The translations under genes and the position numbers were made by a program. DNA of 32,000 nt, taken from NCBI GenBank assembly GCA_963822835.1, contig CAWGIZ010000001.1, forward strand, positions 1 to 32,000, given 5' to 3'. The notes beneath the pieces were generated by a model. It was given only the letters and a program-made list of their open reading frames with translations. It was not told the DNA's origin and searched no databases. The stretch's first letter is position 1; each line of letters starts with the position of its first letter. Shown piece by piece: positions 1 through 7,242 of this stretch. This DNA is from an uncultured Alphaproteobacteria bacterium (lineage in GTDB: Bacteria > Pseudomonadota > Alphaproteobacteria > CAVTAV01).

Positions 1-442
1 ATGTCTCGATCTGATTGACGGGTCGATTGCCGATTACCGGGAAGACATGCTGCGTTAGCGTGTTCAGCCACTGGTCGGCATGCTTGCCGTTACGCCATCC
101 GGTTTTGTGTTCTTCGTGGACCTTGCGCGCTGCCTTTTCGAAGGTGGGCACGACAACAGAAGCGCGTCGCCGTTCCGCAACGGGATCGCCACCATCACGG
201 GCGACCTTGCGAAGGGAGGCCGCACGCTCACGCGCTTCTGCCAGAGACACCAGCCGCGCACTTCCGAGTCCGACATCCCGCCGTCGCCCCTGAGCGACCG
301 TACGAAGCATCCAGCGCTTCGCGCCTGAGGCATCAACGACGAGATAGAGGCCGTTGCCATCGGCATATCGGCCAGCCTTGCTCAAAGTTCGGACCTTGAG
401 CGCCGTTAGCGCCTTGTCCGGATGGCTACCTGACTTTCGCAT
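1..442 (-). CDS. int: Tyrosine recombinase/integrase, P4-type (N-terminal Arm-DNA-binding/DUF4102 region). 5' part only; the gene continues beyond the left edge
   Basis: This was translated by hand because the ORF track omits it (it has no stop in the window). The ATG is at 442-440 (minus). The product reads MRKSGSHPDKALTALKVRTLSKAGRYADGNGLYLVVDASGAKRWMLRTVAQGRRRDVGLGSARLVSLAEARERAASLRKVARDGGDPVAERRR...GWRNGKHADQWLNTLTQHVFPVIGNRPVNQIET. The LT..KV..L...G.Y.DG.GLYL.V...G.K.W..R signature is typical of DUF4102-type integrases. Confidence 0.85.
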   Translation of the reverse strand, partial: MRKSGSHPDKALTALKVRTLSKAGRYADGNGLYLVVDASGAKRWMLRTVAQGRRRDVGLGSARLVSLAEARERAASLRKVARDGGDPVAERRRASVVVPTFEKAARKVHEEHKTGWRNGKHADQWLNTLTQHVFPVIGNRPVNQIET

Positions 443-864
443 TCGAACTCACAACCCACAAAACATCCCACATTATCAGTCGGATTTTGCCGGTCGTCCT
501 GGGACGCTGTCAATCAATGAATCTTCTTTAACTATCTATTGCAGCATGAAAAAGTGGATAACGTTGGATGCCATTGGACCCAGAAATGGCAGACACCCTC
601 TCCGCCATTCTCAGTCCAAATAACAAACTCCTGCGGCCTGAGCCGGGCGCAAAACGGCGCGGCTCCGCCCCGCTTCGAACGGAGACCTGTGCACTGCAGA
701 CTTCGGTGGATTACGCGGAATTGCATTCTCCGTAGGTCAAAATTCTCCGCCGCTGCGCACTAAGTGCCGCGTCCTATCGCCCTTATAATCTAGCCCCTTC
801 AGCGCGTTACAAATTCCTCGCCGAACGATGGTCTCGCAGAAAGTTTGGGAAGTGATCGAGACGA

Positions 865-886
865 GGCACAAACATCGGTTTGTGCC
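865..886. other. Perfect hairpin (9-bp stem GGCACAAAC/GTTTGTGCC, 4-nt loop ATCG) in the noncoding spacer between the patatin gene and int
   Basis: Read directly from the sequence. No adjacent U-tract on either strand, so it is not a canonical intrinsic terminator. It could be a processing site, a protein-binding site, or a weak terminator for the minus-strand operon. Confidence 0.3.
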
Positions 887-1150
887 CACAGACGCTATTT
901 AAGCGGTCGCCCAGACCTCTGACTGCAGCGCGGCCTGTTCCAGAACTGACCTGCCCTATTTGGGTAGTCCACCTGTCGAGTTAGAGTCCGGTGGTTATGG
1001 TCGCCCTGGTGGGCTGCCCGAAACGCAGCGTAGGGCAGGCCGGCAAGGCAAGGCAAGATGGCTTCCGGGGACCTGACATGCGTCGGCCGTTGACGTGCGG
1101 CATCCACGACTAACTTGACAGTGCCAACCAACTACCATCCGAAAAACAAA

Positions 1151-2317
1151 TTAGGCCTGGATCAAATTCGAAAATTGATCGCCCTGCACTTGGGTGCTTG
1201 CAGCCTTCCGACCTATTTCCAACAGCTCTTCCACGGTCTCCGGGCTGTCGATTTGCGCGAGCCGGGCGACTCCCTTGGGAGGCAGGTCGAGACCAAGATA
1301 TTGCTTCAGCCAACGCAGGCTCAGTTCTACATTGTACCTTTGGTAGGTGAAGGCCAACCGCCCGTCAAAATTATCGTTGGCGAGATTACCAACCTCCGCG
1401 TCGATATGCCAAGGTGTCTTCGTTCGCGACATCCACTGCATCAAGGTCTGCACCAGGCCGTCGCTATCGGATAGCAGTGACTGAACGGCACTCAAAGCCA
1501 GACCGGCGCCGGTCGACGCCGACCAAGAACCGCTATCGAATGTCTGCTGATACTTTCCCGTGCCCACCGAGGTGATCGTCAGCTGATCGGCGCCGAATGG
1601 CCAGTTGAAGCCATAGCCGGAAATTCCGGCCAGCATGAGCATTAGCAAGGCCGGATTGTTGTGCGGACTTACGCCTCCATCCACGAAGGAACCTTCTACG
1701 CCCGGCGCGACCGCGATCACCTCGGGCTCAAAGTAGGTCGGGGCCGCCGTACTCGCGCGAATGAGGCTCGCCAGCGGAAGTTCCTTATTCGGTGTGTAGG
1801 ATGCGTCATTGCCGTCGAAGAATTTGCCTCGAGGATTATTGTGAAAGACCCAGACGCTGTTCGTATCCAGACGTTTGGTAACGATCGCGAGGCCAGTCCT
1901 CAGCTTTTCGGAACCAAGCAACTCCTCGCCAACTTGTTGTCTGACGGCTTGCATCAAAGGTTCAGCAGGAAACTTTGGCGCCAACAGCCCATAGAACCAG
2001 AACCAGTTTCGATCGCCGAAAGCGAGGGCAGAAAGTTCCCGATAGATCGTGATGAGTTCCGAGACGGAGTAGCCGAGAGCAAGCCCCGTCGCGATGATCG
2101 AGCCTGTGGATGTTCCACCAATCAGGTCGTAATAGTCGCTCAATCGAAGGTCAGGCTGGTCGAACTCCTTCGCCAGCAGTGCCTCAATCCGTTCCAAGAA
2201 GGCGAGTGAAATGATTCCTCTCACGCCCCCACCATCAAGTGCCAATATTCGCTTGGGGCCAGATCCAAAGAGGTGATGTTCGAGCGAAGGGTTGGCCATT
2301 GTCGGACTCCCGTTCAT
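1151..2317 (-). CDS. Patatin-like phospholipase (CapV-like candidate effector)
   Basis: All three catalytic signatures are present: the oxyanion hole ILALDGGGVRG, the nucleophile elbow GGTSTGS (GxSxG), and the catalytic Asp in FVDGGV. The ATG at 2317-2315 overlaps the upstream TGA (2316-2314) as ATGA, which suggests translational coupling. Alternative starts are 2347 (longest ORF) and 2299 (preceded by GGGAG). Confidence 0.85.
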   Translation of the reverse strand: MNGSPTMANPSLEHHLFGSGPKRILALDGGGVRGIISLAFLERIEALLAKEFDQPDLRLSDYYDLIGGTSTGSIIATGLALGYSVSELITIYRELSALAFGDRNWFWFYGLLAPKFPAEPLMQAVRQQVGEELLGSEKLRTGLAIVTKRLDTNSVWVFHNNPRGKFFDGNDASYTPNKELPLASLIRASTAAPTYFEPEVIAVAPGVEGSFVDGGVSPHNNPALLMLMLAGISGYGFNWPFGADQLTITSVGTGKYQQTFDSGSWSASTGAGLALSAVQSLLSDSDGLVQTLMQWMSRTKTPWHIDAEVGNLANDNFDGRLAFTYQRYNVELSLRWLKQYLGLDLPPKGVARLAQIDSPETVEELLEIGRKAASTQVQGDQFSNLIQA

Positions 2318-4854
2318 AAACCCGGAGGGTTCTCCATATCCGCCCATCCGCGAGACGACAAAGTGACCGCTTGGCCTGAAGATGGGTCAATCTGAATAGT
2401 CACGGCCTCCCGTTCGCCAGCCCAACTACCAAGAGTTCCGTTCTCACAGAGATCTTGTCTCAACACCAAAGTATCGCTGGTTCCTCCCGTCAGACGCGGC
2501 CCACCGGAGCGACACGCGGCTATCAGATACGTCGCTCGGCGAGCGATGTAGTCTGCGGCTTTCGCGTAGCCGCTCTGACGGTTTTTATTGTCATCGTAAT
2601 TGAGGTTCGGATCGGTCAAATCGATAACCCAACCGGAAAGGCGCTGCACAGCCTTCTTCTGATTAGTCCATGTATTCCATCGAGAAGCAGATATCTCCCT
2701 TCGGACGGTCTTGCTACTCGATTGCTCGCTGGACCAGAGCGCGCCGGCGGCAGACGCTCCGCCATCCCAAGAGTAGCCCTCTTTAAAATGAGGTTCGTAG
2801 TCGTCGAGCATGAACGACTCCGGCACTCCCTCGACGCCGAGCAACCGATGCATCTTTTTTTCCCGTTCCAGGTAATCAAGCGCGGCCTGAGTCATAACGT
2901 AATCGGAGCCAGGGGCCAGCGGCGAGACAAGCGTGTAACACGCGTTCGGAAAACGCGCGCAGATCTTGGAAAGTACGTCCGTAGCGACGCAGTATGCAAT
3001 CCTCTCTGCTTCCTTCAGCCTGATCGCGTTATGGCCGATCAGACCGATCCAGATGTCACGGCGAATGACGTTTCGATCTGACGTCGTGTCATCACGCCGA
3101 TCGAGGATCTTGTCGTCCAGCAATTCGATCTGCTGAAAGTCATAGTCCTGAGCCGTCTTATCGAGTTTGTCGAAGCCCACGAGGTTATCGTGTATCCGCC
3201 GTTCATTATTACGTTTTGCGCCCGGCAGCCATCTCCAACCATCGATGCGCCGGTCAGCGCACCAGGACTTGTGCTCCAGGCGCGCCAACTGCTCCATTGC
3301 TGTCTTAAAATCGCGAATATGAGCGGCCGCCGCTGCCTTCAGCGAGAAGCCCGGTGGCACGTACCAATCGAGACTGGCCAGTTTCGGCTTGATGTGGTCC
3401 GCAGCGCGCCTGTTTGCCTGTCGGTAGGTCTCCGGCAAGTCGTCCCAGGACTGCGCACTCTCGGCTCTCTCCTGAGATACGGTGCTCTTGAACTCCGCCG
3501 ACCGGGCCGCCTGGTAGGAGTCGTGAATATTTTTGGCGATCCCTTCCAGCGGACCTTCGAGCAGATCGAGAGTGCAGAGTTCGGCGACTGTTCCGAAGGG
3601 TGCAATGATCGATGAGAAATAGGGCGTGAGATCGTCGCGGCAAATGATCCCGAGATCTCCGCTAAGCGATCCGGCGCGAATATAGACGGGTGCCTTCCAT
3701 CGCCCATTGATCTGCATGGCATCGCGAACCCTCAATGCATGCTGAAGCGTTGCGCTGGAACTATCGGCCGTGACTATCACCGCGGTAACAGCGTGTTCAC
3801 CTTCGATGTCCGCCATCACCTTGTCGGTGAGGCTGTTGATCGCGGTGTCGAATTCGAGAAAGCGAACCGTGCCCAATCGGCCAAGCCCCGGGTACGCCAC
3901 ATCGATGTCAGGGTGGATACGGCGAAATCGCTGCTCGTCGTGAGCAGCGTCAGGCACCAGCACGGTCATGCGCGGCGCGGCGAAGTCCTTGTATATCCCG
4001 ACTCGCATGAGCTGAGCGGCGACGTTAATTGCGTAGTCGTCGAAACCCACGACGACCAGATGGATGAGTCGCTGGCCGCGCAAGTCCGCTACGGTATAGA
4101 GCGGGTGGTCCCAGAAGAACTTTCTCGCGGCCAGAGCGGGCAGGCTGAAGGGGATCAGATCCGTACCGTTCTCTCGCCGCTTGACACCATCGGAACTCGA
4201 GAGCTTGCGCCAGAGCTCGGCGTCCCTGACCGACACGAAGACTTTGCGTGCGGTCGAACGCTGGTGATCCTTGCATATCGAACGGATGGCGAGCGCCGCC
4301 TCAAGATTAGCGTTGTCGTCGTCGGTTACAATGACGGCGCCTTTCGCCTTTTCGACTGCCGCGGAGTGGAGCACCTTGGCATTCCGGCAGTCGCCAGCCA
4401 CGAATGGCACTTTGTGCCGCCGGCAAAATGCAGCGAGCGCGTCATTGCCCGCACTGTCGATGGCAACGACCGCATGCCCGCCCGCCACGAGACTGTCGAC
4501 GAACGCCTTGCCTCGCTCACCCAGACCGCAGACGATGTAGTGATCTTTCTGGCGGCTGGCCCTCCAACCTTCAATCCGGCTTCCCAGAAATTCAAGGACG
4601 ACGCCAAGAACGGCCGAGAGCGTTGCGAGCGGGGCAATGACAAGGCCCAGCTTCAGGAAGAAATTGGCCGACGAGTAATCGCCGCCGGGACGATCGAGCT
4701 TGTAGGCGAGATACGTGCGATAGAGGATCTCAAGCCAGTCGACTTTTTCGGGTTGCGCGAGGGCAATGTACCAGCCGACGAACGTCAGAACGCCACCGGC
4801 AATCGCCAGAGTAGCGACGGCCAAAATTAAAACGCGCTTGGTGGAGGACGGCAT
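2314..4854 (-). CDS. Membrane protein: 2 TM helices + TrkA_N/RCK-type NAD-binding Rossmann domain(s) + two RyR-type repeats + C-terminal SLOG/YpsA/DprA-like domain
   Basis: 846-aa ORF. TM helices: VLILAVATLAIAGGVLTFVGWYIAL and FFLKLGLVIAPLATLSAVLGVVLEFL. GxGxxG motif IVCGLGERGKAF followed by the acidic VVAIDS, then a second degenerate Rossmann (IHLVVVGFDDYA). RyR-like repeats: IAKNIHDSYQ...SWDDLPETYRQANRRAADHIKPKL and LARLEHKSWCADRRIDGWRW...RIHDNLVGFDKLDKTAQDYD. The C-terminal ~250 aa carry SLOG-type motifs: IGLIGHN, LVSPLAPGSDYV, TGGTSDTL. Confidence 0.7.
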   Translation of the reverse strand: MPSSTKRVLILAVATLAIAGGVLTFVGWYIALAQPEKVDWLEILYRTYLAYKLDRPGGDYSSANFFLKLGLVIAPLATLSAVLGVVLEFLGSRIEGWRASRQKDHYIVCGLGERGKAFVDSLVAGGHAVVAIDSAGNDALAAFCRRHKVPFVAGDCRNAKVLHSAAVEKAKGAVIVTDDDNANLEAALAIRSICKDHQRSTARKVFVSVRDAELWRKLSSSDGVKRRENGTDLIPFSLPALAARKFFWDHPLYTVADLRGQRLIHLVVVGFDDYAINVAAQLMRVGIYKDFAAPRMTVLVPDAAHDEQRFRRIHPDIDVAYPGLGRLGTVRFLEFDTAINSLTDKVMADIEGEHAVTAVIVTADSSSATLQHALRVRDAMQINGRWKAPVYIRAGSLSGDLGIICRDDLTPYFSSIIAPFGTVAELCTLDLLEGPLEGIAKNIHDSYQAARSAEFKSTVSQERAESAQSWDDLPETYRQANRRAADHIKPKLASLDWYVPPGFSLKAAAAAHIRDFKTAMEQLARLEHKSWCADRRIDGWRWLPGAKRNNERRIHDNLVGFDKLDKTAQDYDFQQIELLDDKILDRRDDTTSDRNVIRRDIWIGLIGHNAIRLKEAERIAYCVATDVLSKICARFPNACYTLVSPLAPGSDYVMTQAALDYLEREKKMHRLLGVEGVPESFMLDDYEPHFKEGYSWDGGASAAGALWSSEQSSSKTVRREISASRWNTWTNQKKAVQRLSGWVIDLTDPNLNYDDNKNRQSGYAKAADYIARRATYLIAACRSGGPRLTGGTSDTLVLRQDLCENGTLGSWAGEREAVTIQIDPSSGQAVTLSSRGWADMENPPGL

Positions 4855-4918
4855 CTGAGACTACCAACGGGGTGGAATGGAGCGACCAAACGATGACGCA
4901 GTCTCCATCACAAGAGAC

Positions 4919-5545
4919 TCACTGGATCTTGGAGATCAGTGGAAGATTTCCCGAAGCGCCGCAGCCGAAAGAACCGGACATCGTTTTCGAATCCGCAATC
5001 ATCAGTCGCAGATCGCAGTTACTGGCTTTGATAATGAGGCCACCCGGCACGAATTGGCCGTAATTCCATCCGTTATAGGAACTGTTTGTCTTGATCTCGC
5101 CGTTGTCAGAGATTTCGATACGGTTCAGCAAGATGCTAGGGGCAACCCTCTCGAACAGTTTTTTCTGTGCATCGGTTGGCCGGTCGGGGAGCTCCACTTC
5201 CGCAACGATGCTCGTCCGGGACTTCAGCCACATTTTGAGCGCGGCAGACTGCATGTCCTTGTCGCTGCTGCCGAACCCTTCCTCTAGGGAAATTCGTCGG
5301 ACGATGTCGTCATCGCTTGCCAGCCCGGCCTCCAGAGCTGCGAGCCGCTCGATGGGATCGTCGCTTCGCAAGAGATCACGAAAGGATTTCAGCTCGGCCG
5401 CCCGCTCGGTTATCGCCTTCGCGGTCGACTGAGCATGTACTGATGGCGCGTCCTGGCAAACCGCGACGAAGAGCACCGCAACCGTCACGCCGGCAATCCC
5501 AAAGATTCGCTTATTCAAAGCCTTCATGACCCACCTTCCCATCAT
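4919..5545 (-). CDS. Secreted/periplasmic protein of unknown function (signal peptide, HEAT-like helical repeats, Cys-containing beta-rich C-terminus)
   Basis: The ORF begins 9 nt downstream of the TIR gene stop. The likely true start is the ATG at 5527, preceded by GGAAGGTGGG. Signal peptide: MKALNKRIFGIAGVTVAVLFVAVCQDAPSVHAQ. Repeats resemble DDPIERLAALEAGLASDDDIVRRISL. I recognise no known family. Confidence 0.6.
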   Translation of the reverse strand: MMGRWVMKALNKRIFGIAGVTVAVLFVAVCQDAPSVHAQSTAKAITERAAELKSFRDLLRSDDPIERLAALEAGLASDDDIVRRISLEEGFGSSDKDMQSAALKMWLKSRTSIVAEVELPDRPTDAQKKLFERVAPSILLNRIEISDNGEIKTNSSYNGWNYGQFVPGGLIIKASNCDLRLMIADSKTMSGSFGCGASGNLPLISKIQ

Positions 5546-5554
5546 GTGCCGGCG

Positions 5555-6538
5555 TCAGAACGGCCGCGTCGCATCTTTCGGCAAATATCCGATGCGTCCG
5601 TCATCCAGATGTACTTTCGTCCATAGGCTACTGTTGAAGTCTTCGACCTTGACGATATCGCCGGCCCTTAATCGGGCAATCGTGTTTGATATCGCTGACG
5701 GCAAATCCTGTACCGAGATATCGCGTTCAACCCGATGCGTGATGAGCGTGGCGGCATGTTGTGCCACTTGCGTTACCGCTTCTTGCTTCACGGGCGCCGC
5801 AGGTTTTGATTTGGAATAGGCAGGGGCATCGATGGCCAAGTCCTCGGGAGGCGAAGGTCGCGCGGGCTCGTCTTTGATAGCAGCCTGCTTCGAGATAGCG
5901 CTGGGCACTGCGGCGGCCGGCGTGGTTGTGCCTTCCGGCAGGGCTACCTTCGCCGGCACTGCTGGTACCGTTTCGGTCGCCACCTTTTCGACAGAACCGG
6001 ATCGTCCCATTACAAAGTAAGCGCCGGTGCCGCCAATACCCAGGAGCAGAACAAGTGCTGCCGCGTAGATCGGCCATTTCGAGCGATTTCCGCTCAGACG
6101 GATCGGCGGCGTGCGGACTGTGTCTTGACCATCGATCGTATCCGCCAAGTGATCGAGGTGATATTCCAGATCGCCTCGCCAAGTGTCGATCCAGTGGCTT
6201 GTGGAGATGAAGAGTTCGAGGCCGGGCGACGGCGCGACATCCTCGATGCGGACGGGGTAGACCGGCCGGCCCTTACTGTAGGCGCGCTCCACTTCCGCCT
6301 TTACGAAGCGCGATAGATTCAACTCCTTAGAAAGCAGGACGACGAGTGTCTTGGAGTTCTCGATACCGTGGACGATTTCTTCGGCATATTCATGGCCGGG
6401 CCGGACGTCCCGTGGGGCGACCCAGCACCTCAGCCCTTTTCGTTCCAGATGTTCGCAGACCGTATCTGCAAATCGGGCGTTCTCCTTGGCGTGACTTATG
6501 AACGCCGAGTAACGCCAGTCTTTGCCAGCCCCATCCAT
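5555..6538 (-). CDS. TIR domain - single TM - Pro/Ala-rich linker - SH3b domain protein
   Basis: N-terminal TIR_2-like sequence: YSAFISHAKENARFADTVCEHLERKGLRCWVAPRDVRPGHEYAEEIVHGIENSKTLVVLLSKELNLSRFVKAEVERAY. A Glu occupies the position of the catalytic glutamate motif (S..v.aEve.A). TM helix: WPIYAAALVLLLGIGGTGAYFVM. The C-terminus ARLRAGDIVKVEDFNSSLWTKVHLDDGRIGYLPKD is typical of bacterial SH3_3. Confidence 0.8.
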   Translation of the reverse strand: MDGAGKDWRYSAFISHAKENARFADTVCEHLERKGLRCWVAPRDVRPGHEYAEEIVHGIENSKTLVVLLSKELNLSRFVKAEVERAYSKGRPVYPVRIEDVAPSPGLELFISTSHWIDTWRGDLEYHLDHLADTIDGQDTVRTPPIRLSGNRSKWPIYAAALVLLLGIGGTGAYFVMGRSGSVEKVATETVPAVPAKVALPEGTTTPAAAVPSAISKQAAIKDEPARPSPPEDLAIDAPAYSKSKPAAPVKQEAVTQVAQHAATLITHRVERDISVQDLPSAISNTIARLRAGDIVKVEDFNSSLWTKVHLDDGRIGYLPKDATRPF

Positions 6539-6652
6539 GCCAAGTCCAACTAGCCGCTCTAGTTTGGCGAGAAACCCCTCGCTAAAAGTGTTACAAAGAC
6601 TCGTCTTTAGCGCAAGTTTATCAGCCCTGAGCGACGCAATATTCTGGGGATG

Positions 6653-7099
6653 TTACTTGTTCGGCAGATACAACCAGCCCCCGTCATTCCGAAGAAAGCG
6701 TCCCTGCCCCGTATTCCCCCCACCAGTCAGCTGCCGCAAGGCACCTTGCGCGAAAGGACTGTCCGAGGCAAAGCCCAGCACGAAGTCGCAGACATAGCCC
6801 GGTTGGCCTTCCGCCTTCTCACAACCGAGCTTTCTGAACTGAGTGATTTCGAATGACAGGCTGCACTTACCGCCGCCTGCACCACAGAGGGCAAGGCACT
6901 GCATCGCAAGTAAAGGGTCGTTATTGAATTCGCGGCGTTCGCACCGTTTCCCTAACTCCTGATAATTCGCGTTTACATTTGCAAAGGTCGCTTCGATCGC
7001 CTTCCTCATTTCCTTATCAGACGGCTCGCGATCGCCGGAGCCACATGCCGCGACACAAAGTATGGAGGCGATCATAAAGAAGGCGGATAGCGACTTCAT
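6653..7099 (-). CDS. Cys-rich lipoprotein of unknown function
   Basis: ATG at 7099 preceded by GAGGA. Signal peptide and lipobox: MKSLSAFFMIASILCVAAC|GSGD. The mature part contains 8 Cys (including the lipobox Cys). The longer 167-aa ORF (start 7156) has an unlikely basic leader. Confidence 0.6.
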   Translation of the reverse strand: MKSLSAFFMIASILCVAACGSGDREPSDKEMRKAIEATFANVNANYQELGKRCERREFNNDPLLAMQCLALCGAGGGKCSLSFEITQFRKLGCEKAEGQPGYVCDFVLGFASDSPFAQGALRQLTGGGNTGQGRFLRNDGGWLYLPNK

Positions 7100-7215
7100 T
7101 TCAGGATCCTCAGGCGTTATCTTTCGTCGTGTACCTGAGGGACGTTGCCCAGACAAAGCGTCCGACGCCTGGAAAAACTATCGGGACCAGCATCCCCCTT
7201 TAGTATCAACATAGC

Positions 7216-7242
7216 ATCGTTTTCCATACGCACGAAAACGAT
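7216..7242. repeat. Perfect 9-bp inverted repeat ATCGTTTTC-N9-GAAAACGAT in the AT-rich spacer
   Basis: Read directly. It lies about 120-140 nt upstream of the lipoprotein start and has no flanking T-run. Operator or weak terminator candidate. Confidence 0.35.

Noticed and set aside
441-460. T-loop-like string GGGTTGTGAGTTCGAAT (minus strand) abutting the integrase start, considered as a tRNA 3' fragment/att core
   Set aside because: The following bases (GCGAA) do not pair with GTGAG to close a T-arm, and no acceptor stem or cloverleaf can be drawn. It also overlaps the int start codon. It might still be an att remnant, but that is unsupported.
587-760. Possible minus-strand tRNA/two-piece tmRNA (the sequence ends ...GGGTGTCTGCCA; TTCGAA motif at about 673)
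   Set aside because: I could not build an acceptor or T-arm pairing, or find an alanine-tag-like reading frame. There is no GGTTCGA-type T-loop in the proper register.
1042-1056. (GGCAA)x3 microsatellite
   Set aside because: It has only three units in noncoding DNA. That is too short to infer phase variation or any function.
4530-4854. Idea that the 2TM + RCK/TrkA_N protein is an MthK-like potassium channel
   Set aside because: There is no pore-helix or selectivity-filter motif (TVGYG-like) between the two N-terminal helices. The loop reads AQPEKVDWLEILYRTYLAYKLDRPGGDYSSAN.
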